DNA of 64,000 bases from positions 14,756,001-14,820,000 of the forward strand of contig JBHGNT010000011.1 of NCBI GenBank assembly GCA_043228905.1, in the 5' to 3' direction. The DNA comes from Azolla caroliniana (lineage: Eukaryota > Plantae > Polypodiophyta). Below the pieces are notes generated by a model that was not told the DNA's origin, did not search any database, and saw only the letters and a program-made list of their open reading frames with translations. The position numbers and the translations under genes were made by a program. The number at the start of each line of letters is the position of its first letter. Position 1 is the first letter of the stretch. This document shows, one piece after another, positions 52,125 to 61,602 of the stretch.

Positions 52125-52406
52125 ATGTCGGTGTTGGAGAAAGTATCCTCTGTACTACTGGCTCGGACCATGTACTGGAATGTCAAAAACATGGCCCGGT
52201 TTCGTCGCGAATACATGTAATGCGAAGCTGTTTGTCCACATATGAACTGCAATACCCATGTGTGCAGTCGGACTGGATCATGGTAGTATGGAATCTCTCT
52301 CGTTGACAACCCACTGTACGCCCCCAAGTGTTTGAAAGGGATAGAGAATCCAATAGAGCGAGCAACATTGCCCTAGAACATGACAGGAGATTTACCCCGT
52401 CCTTCA

Positions 52407-52478
52407 CGCCGTTGCCGGGGATCGAACTCGGGTCACCCGCGTGACAGGTGGGAATACTCACCACTATACTACAACGAC
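52407..52478 (-). pseudogene. tRNA-Asp probable pseudogene
   Basis: T-stem and anticodon-stem mismatches. Confidence 0.65.
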
Positions 52479-52797
52479 ATGTCAGTATTGGAGAAAGTAT
52501 CCTCTGTACTACTGGCTCGGACCCGGTATTGGAGAAAGTATCCTTTGTACTACTGGCTTGGACCATGTACTGGAATGTCGAAAACATGGCCTGATTTCGT
52601 CGCAAATACATGTTATGCGAAGCTGTTCGTCCACATATGATCTGCAATACCCATGTGTGCACTTGGACTGGATCATGGTAGTATGGACCCTCTCTCGTTG
52701 ACAACCCACCGCCCCCAAGTGTTTGAAAGGGATAGAGAATCCAACAGAGTGAGCCACAATGTCCTAGAACATGACAATAGATTTTCCCCGTCCTTCA

Positions 52798-52869
52798 CGC
52801 CGTTGCCGGGGATCGAACCCGGGTCACCCGCGTGACAGGCGGGAATACTCACCACTATACTACAACGAC
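52798..52869 (-). tRNA. trnD-GTC: tRNA-Asp(GTC), canonical
   Basis: Identical to 50279-50350. Confidence 0.95.
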
Positions 52870-53151
52870 ATGTTCGTGTTGGAGGATATATCCTCTGTAC
52901 TACTTGCTCCGACCATGTACCGGAATGTCGAAAATATAGCCCGGTTTCGTCGCCAATGCATGTTATGTGACGATGTTCATTTGCATATGAACTGGAATAC
53001 GCATGTGTGCACTAGGACGAGATCATGGTAATATAGGCCTTCCCTCGCTGACGACCCACTCTACGCCCCTAAGTGTTTTAAAGGGATAGAGAATCCCACG
53101 GACCGAGAAAGAATGCCCTCGAAGATGACATGAAATATGCCACGCTTTTCG

Positions 53152-53223
53152 CGCCGTTGACGGGGATGGAATCTGGGTCACCCGCGTGACAAGCGGGAAT
53201 ACTCACCACTATACTACAACGAC
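53152..53223 (-). pseudogene. tRNA-Asp pseudogene, type C
   Basis: B-box GTTCGA>ATTCCA. Confidence 0.8.
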
Positions 53224-53513
53224 ATGTTGGTGTTGGAGGAAGTGTAGAATAGTGGTGAGTACTACTTGTTCGGATCATGTACCGGAATATCGAAAACATG
53301 GCCCGGTGTCGTCGCCAATACATGGTACGTGATGATGTTCGTTCGCATATGAGATGGAATACCCATGTGTGCACTTGGACGAGATCATGGTAATATGAAC
53401 CCTGCCTCGCTGACGACCCACTGTATGCCCCCAAGTCTTCGTAAGGGGTATAAAATCTGGCGGTCAGAGAAAGAATGGCCTAGAAGATGATAGGAGCTTT
53501 GCCCCGCCCTTCG

Positions 53514-53585
53514 CACCGTTGCCGGGTATCGAACCCGGGTCACCCGCGTGACAGGCGGGAATAGTCACCAGTATACTACAACGAC
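53514..53585 (-). pseudogene. tRNA-Asp type A with two D-arm changes
   Basis: G15>C plus a second G>C in the D-arm. Confidence 0.6.
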
Positions 53586-53867
53586 ATGTCGGGGTTAGAG
53601 AAAGCACGCTCTGTACTACTGGTTCGAACCATGTACTGGAATGTCGAAAACATGGCCCGGTTTCGTCGCAAATACATGTTATGCGAAGAAGTTCGTCCGC
53701 ATATGAACTGCAATACCCAAGTGTGCACTCGGACTAGATCATGGTAGTATGGATCCTCTCTCGTTGACAACCCATTGTACGCCCCCAAGTGTTTGAAAGG
53801 GATAGAGAATCCAACGGAACGAGCAACAATGCCCTAGAAGATGATAGGAGATTTGCCCCGTCCTTCA

Positions 53868-53939
53868 CGCCGTTGCAGGGGATCGAACCCGGGTCACCCG
53901 CGTGACAGGCGGGAATACTCACCACTATACTACAACGAC
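53868..53939 (-). tRNA. trnD-GTC: tRNA-Asp(GTC), one T-stem mismatch
   Basis: CCCTG instead of CCCGG. Confidence 0.72.
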
Positions 53940-54221
53940 ATGTTCGTGTTGGAGGATATATCCTCTGTACTACTTGCTCCGACCATGTACCGGAATGTCG
54001 AAAATATAGCCCGGTTTCGTCGCCAATGCATGTTATGTGACGATGTTCATTTGCATATGAACTGGAATACGCATGTGTGCACTAGGACGAGATCATGGTA
54101 ATATAGGCCTTCCCTCGCTGACGACCCACTGTACGCCCCCAAGTGTTTGAAAGGGATAGAGAATCCAATAGAGCGAGCAACAATGCCCTAGAACATGACA
54201 GGAGATTTGCCCCGTCCTTCA

Positions 54222-54293
54222 CGCCGTTGCCGGGGATCGAACCCGGGTTACCCGTGTGACAGGCGGGAATACTCACCACTATACTACAACGAC
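54222..54293 (-). tRNA. trnD-GTC: tRNA-Asp(GTC) variant, possibly a pseudogene
   Basis: Anticodon-stem mismatch and variable-loop change. Confidence 0.6.
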
Positions 54294-54558
54294 ATGTTGG
54301 TGTTGGAGGATATATCTTTTGTACTACTTGCTCCGACCATGTACCGGAATGTCGAAAATATAGCTCGGTTTCGTCGCCAATGCATGTTATGTGCCGATGT
54401 TCGTCCGTATATGAACTAGAATACGCATGTGTGCACTCGGACGAGATCATGGTAATATGTACCCTGCCTCGCTGATGACCCACTGTATGCCCCCAAGTCT
54501 TCGTAAGGGGTATAAAATCTGGCGGTAGGAGAAAAAATGGCCTAGAAGTTCACACCCC

Positions 54559-54582
54559 TACTCACCACTATACTACAACGAC
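54559..54582 (-). pseudogene. tRNA-Asp 5' fragment (deleted monomer)
   Basis: Only the first 24 nt are retained. Confidence 0.8.
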
Positions 54583-54714
54583 ATGTCGGTGTTGAAGAAA
54601 GTATCCTCTGTACTACTGGCTTGGACCATGTACTCGAATGTCGAGAAGATGGCCTGGTTTCGTCGCAAATACATGGTACGTGACGGTGTTCGTTCGTATA
54701 TGAACTGGAATACC

Positions 54715-55579
54715 TGTTGGGAGACAGGTCCCTCCGGATGGGAAGGGAGAAGAACAGTGCCGACGAACAAACTCGGCCGAGGCTGAAACGGATGAGGAGT
54801 ACCCGGCTACGGAGAGCCGGATGATATAGACCCGGTGAAGACCGGATGAGGAGTACCCGGCTACGGAGAGCCAGATGGTGCAGGCCCGGTGCGAACCGGA
54901 TGAGGAGTACCCGGCTACGGAGAGCCGGATGATACAGGCCCGGTGCGAACCGGATGAGGAGTACCCGGCTACGGAGAGCGGGATGATACAGACCCGGTGA
55001 AGACCGGATGAGGAGTACCCGGCTACGGAGAGCCGGATGGTGCAGGCCCGGTGCGAACCGGATGAGGAGTACCCGGCTACGAAGAGCCGGATGGTACATA
55101 ACCGGTGAGAACCGGAGGAAGAGACATATTCGTAAATATGTTTCTGAGAGCCCATCGAGGCTATATTTGTAAATAGCCGAAAAGTCATATTAGTATAAAT
55201 ATGACTTAGGGCAAACTTTTTTGGTGTGGTCATTCTTCCTTGTTGGTGCAAGAAGAATAAAGAGCGCGTAACTGTACAGAGAGAGAGGGAGAGAGAGAGA
55301 GAACGAGGTCATTGCCTCTGTTGTAACCGCCGTCTGTGGCGAAGATCGTGAGTCCGAGGTCGTTGCCTCCGTGTACTCACTGTTTTGTACATTCATACAT
55401 AGTGACAGTTTGCAGCCTGTGGGCTGCCGTGGTTTTTCCCCTAGTTTGGGGTTTTCCACGTTAACCTCCTGTGTACCATTTCTCTTCTTTGTGTCGTGTT
55501 CTGTTTCCCGTTTTCTGTGTATGAAAAGAAGCTCGGTTGTGGCCGACCCTTGCGCATAAAGAGCGTTGGGTTCCCGTCA
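54715..55579 (+). mobile_element. Copia solo LTR inserted in the tRNA array
   Basis: TG...CA ends; 5-bp TSD ATACC on both sides; homologous to LTR 59117-61572; contains six 54-bp tandem repeats. Confidence 0.93.
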
Positions 55580-55734
55580 ATACCCATGTGTGCACTTGGA
55601 CGAGATCATGGTAATATGTACCCTGCCTCGCTGACGACCCACTGTATGCCCCCAAGTCTTCGTAAGGGGTATAAAATCTGGCGGTAAGAGAAAGAATGGC
55701 CTGGAAGATGACAGGAGATTTGCCCCGCCCTTCG

Positions 55735-55806
55735 CACCGTTGCCGGGTATCGAACCCGGGTCACCCGCGTGACAGGCGGGAATACTAACCACTATACTAC
55801 AACGAC
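55735..55806 (-). tRNA. trnD-GTC: tRNA-Asp(GTC), type A, foldable
   Basis: D-loop GGTTAG variant; stems intact. Confidence 0.85.
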
Positions 55807-56088
55807 ATGTCGGTGTTAGAGAAAGTATCCTCTGTACTACTGGCTCGGACCATGTACTCGAATGTCGAAAAGATGGCCTGGTTTCGTCGCAAATACATGG
55901 TACGTGACAATGTTCGTTCGTATATGAACTGGAATACCCATGTGTGCACTTGGACGAGATCATGGTAATATGTACCCTGCCTCGTTGACGACCCACTATA
56001 TGCCCCCAAGTCTTCGTAAGGGGTATAAAATCTGGCGGTAAGAGAAAGAATGGCCTAGAAGATGACAGGAGATTTACCCCGCCCTTCG

Positions 56089-56160
56089 CACCGTTGCCGG
56101 GTATCGAACCCGGTTCACCCGCGTGACAGGCGGGAATACTAACCACTATACTACAACGAC
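56089..56160 (-). tRNA. trnD-GTC: tRNA-Asp(GTC), type A, C48>A
   Basis: Stems intact; one tertiary-position change. Confidence 0.72.
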
Positions 56161-56334
56161 ATGTCGGTGTTAGAGAAAGTACCCTCTGTACTACTGGCTC
56201 GAACCATGTAATGGAATGTTGAAAACATGGCCCGGTTTCGTCGCCAATGCATGTTATGTGACGATGTTCGTTCGCATATGAACTGGAATACCCATGTGTG
56301 CACTCGGACGAGATCATGGTAATATGTACCCTGC

Positions 56335-56376
56335 TGAGAACGTAAGTGTTTGCGGAAGCGTAAAACAGAGAACAAC

Positions 56377-56419
<43 letters not shown>

Positions 56420-58211
56420 AGAACACAATTTTAAAATTATATCAAAACTTTGTACATACACTGTGCTAAGTAGCACTATTTATACAAGTCCTCTTGGGAC
56501 TGACAGAAGTACCATGTACTTCAATGCTCACACGAGCATCTGATATTTACTACGAGACTATAGCTACCTAGTAGTCTATCCTATACTAGGCTTCCGATTG
56601 GACTTCCGGTTACGGATTGCACCCGGTCTCCACTACTTGCCGGTTCGGTTGCTCACCGTAATACCGATCCATTTCGCCCGATCCGTCTTGCTTACCGGCT
56701 CTGGCTTATTCAGCCGATCCGGCTCCGGTTGAGCTTGCCGCTCAACACTCCCCCTCAAGCTCAACCTGAGGTGGGGTCGTAGTGTCGACCTCTGTGGCAG
56801 TCGGTTCTTCCAACCGACTTCTCCTGGCGTTACTCCGCCTTTCTCGAGTCCTCGTCCGGTCCGGTCCCGTTTGCCGCGACCCCTTTGGTTCTGCGCGCCT
56901 CGACCCTCTCTGTCGGCATGTCTGCTCAATAGGCCCATCTCAGCACTCACGTTGCTGTGACTCCGACGCTTGCCGATCCATCGGTTCTCCCACGATGGCA
57001 TCGACTTCCGCTGTGTCCGTGTCCCCTTGGCCTTCAGTCGATCCGACTCATTCGGATCCATCTGTTGATCCGAGTCAGCTGTCTCCGACTCGTTCCAGGT
57101 CTTGTCCGAATCGGTACACTCCGATTCGACTTCCGGCTTCAGGCCTCTCACCACATCAGACCACTTCCGAGTCTTGGCCTTCTCCATGCTTCCCTCGGCT
57201 TCTTCAGCCGGTGAACCGAAATCGAATTCTTCATTCGACTCCGCATCATGGTCAGTACCGTCGTGATGACCTCCGCACAACATGCACTTCTCTTCCTGAG
57301 TGCACAACTCTTCTTCACAGCCGCTTGCTCCGACCTGTTCGGATGTGTCGACTTCCTTCGTCGACTTGGGTTCCTTCAGCTTCTTGTCTCCTCTTCTTCC
57401 GGCTTTCCTCTTACCGACGGGTTCAACAGTTTTTTGGCCTTTGTCCATTTCGGTAGAGACTTTGCCCTTGCTTCTCCCCCTCAAGTGTGGCACGTCGAGA
57501 TGCTGAATACCAAGCATGTCGGTAAAGTGCTGCAACTTGTCCGATCCGAGCGGCTTGGTGAAGATGTCGGCAACTTGCCGATCCGTATGACGCGGTTGAT
57601 TTCAGGAAGACCCGGTCCGGTGATGACTAAATCATCCACATACAAGAGTATACATACCGGACCGTCAGAGCCTTGCCGGATGAACAACGAAGAGTCCGAC
57701 TTAGAGACAACAAACCCCAGCTTACGCAACCGGTGCGTGATCTTCGCGTTCCAAGCTCGGGGGGCTTGCTTCAAGCCGTAAAGCGACTTCTTCAGTCGGC
57801 ATACCGCCGACTTGTTCATCTTCGATTGAAATCCGGGGGGATGAGTCATAAAGACTTCTTCTTCAAGCTCGCCTTGAAGGAAGGCGTTCTTCACATCCAT
57901 CTGGTGAAGATGCCACCCCCTTGCCGCAACAACCGCTAGTACCACACGAACCGTCGTCATCTTCGCCACAGGAGCAAAGGTCTTGTCGTAGTCAATTCCG
58001 TGGGTCTGCGCGTATCCCTTCGCCACTAACCGGGCTTTGTACTGGTTAACAGAACCGTCGGCGTTGTACTTGACCTTGTACACCCACTTGCATCCGATCG
58101 GTTTACAGTGACGGGGAGGATCAACTAGGTCCCAAGTTTCGTTGGCATCGAGTGCCCGCATTTCTTCGTCCATAGCGGCACGCCAATTTGCATCCTTTGC
58201 CGCTTCTGCGT
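56335..58211 (-). mobile_element. 3' part of a Ty1/copia element (RT fragment, internal deletion, 3' extension, PPT, 3' LTR 56335-56747)
   Basis: RT motifs KARLVAKGY, HQMDVKNAFL, LYGLKQAPRAW, LYVDD; RNase H end QVADIFTKPL; PPT GCTTGAGGGGGAG abutting TGTTGAG...TTCTCA LTR. Confidence 0.92.
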
Positions 58212-59116
58212 TGTCGTGAAGATTTTCGGCAATAGTGTGAAAATCCTATAAAACGTACAAAATCGAGTATGAATCACGAAGTACAATAATTGTGAAGATA
58301 ACATTTTAAATAGATTTAATATCTAAGTACAAAATGATAGAGGTTTTGAATGCACTTTATTACATGAGAAACAGACAACTAAATGTCAAGATATGAGGGT
58401 ATAAAGTTTGTAAAAGGAAAGGAGAAAATTGTGAGATATCCCACATAGGCATGACAAATACAGCTCTCAACATATATATGGTGGAGCAAAAGATATTATC
58501 TTTGTGTCTATGTGTGGAGCATAGAGAGTTCAAGGTAACTTGAACTAAGAGTGGAGGTGACTAGCTACTCGAAAAGGGTTTTGGCCAACCAAAACCGGAC
58601 CGGCGATGGAGCCGGTGATCCGACGGCATCCGACCGCAATCCGGCGGCGGCATGCGGCACCGGTATCCGGCGGCGGCATCCGGCAACGGCATCCGGCGAC
58701 TAGATAAAATAAATATATAAAGGGTTTTGGCCAACCAAAACCGGACCGGCGATGGAGCCGGTGATCCGACGGCATCCGACCGCAATCCGGCGGCGGCATG
58801 CGGCACCGGTATCCGGCGGCGGCATCCGGCAACGGCATCCGGCGACTAGATAAAATAAATATATAAATATATATACATATACAAGGAGGGCAAGTATGGA
58901 TTCGAACCTTGCACCTCCAAGTTAGGAGTCAAATGACTTACCATTAAGCCATGCTATTTAGTTTAAATTATATTTCTATCATTGTACTTTTACATGTAAA
59001 TTCTCATACATGAGAGCTAAAATGAGTGACATGGTTATCATGCACCACATGTAATACTTAAGCGCCAAATGGCAAACAGGCAAACATGCAATTTATGCAT
59101 GTCTTGTACCCTCACA
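58212..59116. mobile_element. Gypsy-type LTR (same family as 8272-9360), interrupted by a copia element
   Basis: Starts TGTCGTGAAGATTTTCGGCAATAGTGTGAAA after GCGT; colinear with ~8272-9045; internal 145-bp tandem duplication ~58575-58865. Confidence 0.85.
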
Positions 59117-59172
59117 TGTTGGTAGACAGGTCCCTCCGGATGGGAAGTGAGAAGAACAGTGCCGACGAACAA

Positions 59173-60998
59173 GTTGTAGAGGACGACAACCTAGCTTTCC
59201 AAACACCGCAACTACTCTACTACAAATGCTACATCGATGATGCCATAGGAGTTTGGGAAGGTTCCCCCGATACACTTCACACCTTCTTACACCAATACGG
59301 CGTGCCTCTACAACAACACATCCGTATTGAATCAACAACCTCCCCTAAAGAGATCACCATCCTGGACGTCGTCTTCTTCAAAGGCCCATACTTTAAAGAA
59401 TTCGGCATCCTCGACACCGCATGCCACCAAAAACCTCTCAATGCCTACATGTACCTCCCGTGGAAATCCTCGCACCCCATAACACACAAAAAGGGCTTCA
59501 TCACGGGAGAACTAAAACGGTATGCTATCCGGGAGAGCTCGGAAAATGGCTACATGGAACTACGCAAAAAGTTCTACGACCGCCTAAGAGCTAGGGGCTA
59601 CCCATCGAAGTTCCTACTCAAGTGTTTTTCGACCATCCCCTACTCCATACGAAACCAACTACTCTCTAACCAACCCAACAACAAAAAACCTCCACCCATT
59701 GTTTTTAAGCTTCGATACTCCCCATGTATCAAAAAACTCCAAATCGGAGCACTCGTGAGAAACAAACTTAAACCCCTTCTAGGACAACCACAATACAGTT
59801 CCCTTACACCCCCTCTCACGTGTTGGCTAAATGGTAAAAAACTAAGAAACCACCTAGTACACGCATCCTTTCCCCCCACCTAATGTTTTATGTACTCTCA
59901 CCCCTCTTAACCCCCACCTAAAGTCTTGTGTACACTCTTTTACCTTCCCTTTGTACACACTTTTGTATGTCCCACATACAAAGGACTCTCCTCCCTCTCC
60001 CTATAAAAAGAGCAACCTAGTAGGCTTAGTTTTCATCATTTGTACATCGGGCACTGAAGAGCCTCCATCGAGGCGAAATGCATTTGCCGATCGTTGCCTT
60101 ATGATAGTAAAACTTTCTTTCCTTCTATGTGTTGCTCTTATCTAATTTTTTGTCTTAAGTTCTTAATTACTTATTTAATAAATTTTTATTAAGTACTTGT
60201 TTAATCACTTTTTTATCTTTTTTTTTTTTTTTTTCCTTAAGTTTTTAAGTATTTATGAATCATTTTCTATTAAGTACTTGTTTAATAATCATTTTTATTA
60301 CGTACTTGTTTAACCCCTTTTTTTAAGTACTTGTTCAATCATTTTTAGGTTTAACTTTTTGTTTAAACATTTGTTTAAGTATTCTCCTCTCTTAATCATA
60401 ATTATTCTCTTCTCAACCATGACCCCTTTTCTTTAACCATAATCCCTCCCTTCTCTTTTAATCATAACCTTGCGTTAAGTGTCTGCCCAAGTGTTTTCTT
60501 ATCTAAATATTTGTTTAAACATTCGTTTAAGTACTTTGTTTAGCAACCCCTTCCCCCTTAATCATAATCCCTTCTTAACCATAATCATTTTTTAATCTCA
60601 ATCTCTCTTTTCTATTTTTATTTTTATTTTTATTTTTTATAATAATCTTTCTTTTAAGTGTTTGCTTAAGCGTGTGTTTAAACAACTCCCATTCATCTAA
60701 GCGTGTGGTCCCGTTTTAATAATACTCTATATTGGTGTTTTAATAGTACTTTATTGTTGTCTAATAACTTAAGTTATCCCAATGATCTTTAATATGTTCT
60801 AAAAACTTTGATTAGGTTTAAATACTTTTGATAACTTCAACAAGCTACACTCCCCTAACCCCCACCCACGCCCTCACTTTTCTATTCTTCTAAAACTATA
60901 TCACTACTTATGTTTAGACATACAAATAAGATCTAAACTTGAGTCCACCCCAAACAACCCCTGATGAAGTGCCGCACACTTTAAGCAATCTTAAAAAA
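59173..60998 (+). mobile_element. 5'-truncated Penelope-like retroelement (RT C-terminal half plus 3' UTR/pLTR)
   Basis: YIDD, ILDV, HQKPLNAYMYLPWKSSHP, GELKRY and RLRARGYP motifs of the PLE RT/thumb; stop at 59883 with no GIY-YIG domain; hammerhead motif downstream. Confidence 0.85.
60046..60091 (+). ncRNA. Minimal type I hammerhead ribozyme
   Basis: Stem I ATCGGGCA/TGCCGAT; core CTGAAGA; stem II GCCTC-CATC-GAGGC; GAAA; palindromic stem III ATGCAT; AUU cleavage triplet ending at 60084. Confidence 0.85.
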
Positions 60999-61602
60999 GA
61001 AACGGTATGAACCGGATGAGGAGTACCCGACTACGGAGAGTCGGATGGTGTAGGCCCGGTATGAACCGGATGAGGAGTACCCGACTGCGGAGAGCCGGAT
61101 GGGGAGTACCCGACTGCGGAGAGCCGGATGGAGCCCATCGAGGCTACATTTGTAAATAGCCGAAAAGTCATATTAGTATAAATATGACTTAGGGCAAACT
61201 TTTAGTTATAGTTGTCGTTCTTGTTGTTATTCTTTTGTTGTGGTGCAGAAGAAGAAATCAGAGCGCGTAATTGTACAGAGAGAGAGAGAGAGAGACGAGG
61301 TCGTTGCCTCTGTTGTAATCGCCGCCTGTGGCGAAGATCTGAGAGCACGAGGTCGTTGCCTCAGTGATCTCACTGTTGTATATTTCTACATAGTGACAGT
61401 TTGCAGCTTGCGGGCTGCCGTGGTTTTTCCCCTATTTTGGGGTTTTCCACGTATACCTCATGTGTACCATTTCTCCTCTTTTGTGTCGCGTTTCATTACC
61501 TGTTTTTCTGTGTATGAAAAGAATCTCGGTTGTGGCCGAGCGTCGGACATAAGGAACGTCGAGTTCTCAACAAGTGGTATTAGAGCGAAATCGACACAGA
61601 AA

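Larger units (their letters stand above)
48573..56334 (-). repeat. Tandem tRNA-Asp gene array, ~350-362-bp monomers with a 5-mer higher-order repeat
   Basis: 18 full 72-nt tRNA-Asp copies plus one 24-nt fragment, each with a homologous spacer. Confidence 0.97.

Noticed and set aside
54113-54178. Hammerhead-like CTGACGA...GAAA in the array spacer (plus strand)
   Set aside because: Stem II does not abut the core, there is no correctly placed NUH, and CTGACGA is TTGACAA in many monomers.
54542-55251. ORFs with 18-aa repeats (YHPALRSRVLLIR...)
   Set aside because: Translations of the 54-bp LTR tandem repeat.
48573-56334. CRISPR-like regular repeat, and many recurrent short ORFs (e.g. 'SIPACHAGDPGSIPGNG')
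   Set aside because: The repeats are tRNA genes with homologous rather than unique spacers, in a eukaryotic context with no cas genes; the ORFs are incidental translations.
59086-59172. N-terminus of the 265-aa ORF as part of the RT protein
   Set aside because: It is read through two unrelated LTR fragments; a chance in-frame fusion.
60961-60985. Second hammerhead core CTGATGA-AGTG...CACT near the PLE end
   Set aside because: Followed by TTAA rather than GAAA, with no stem I/III; at most a relic.
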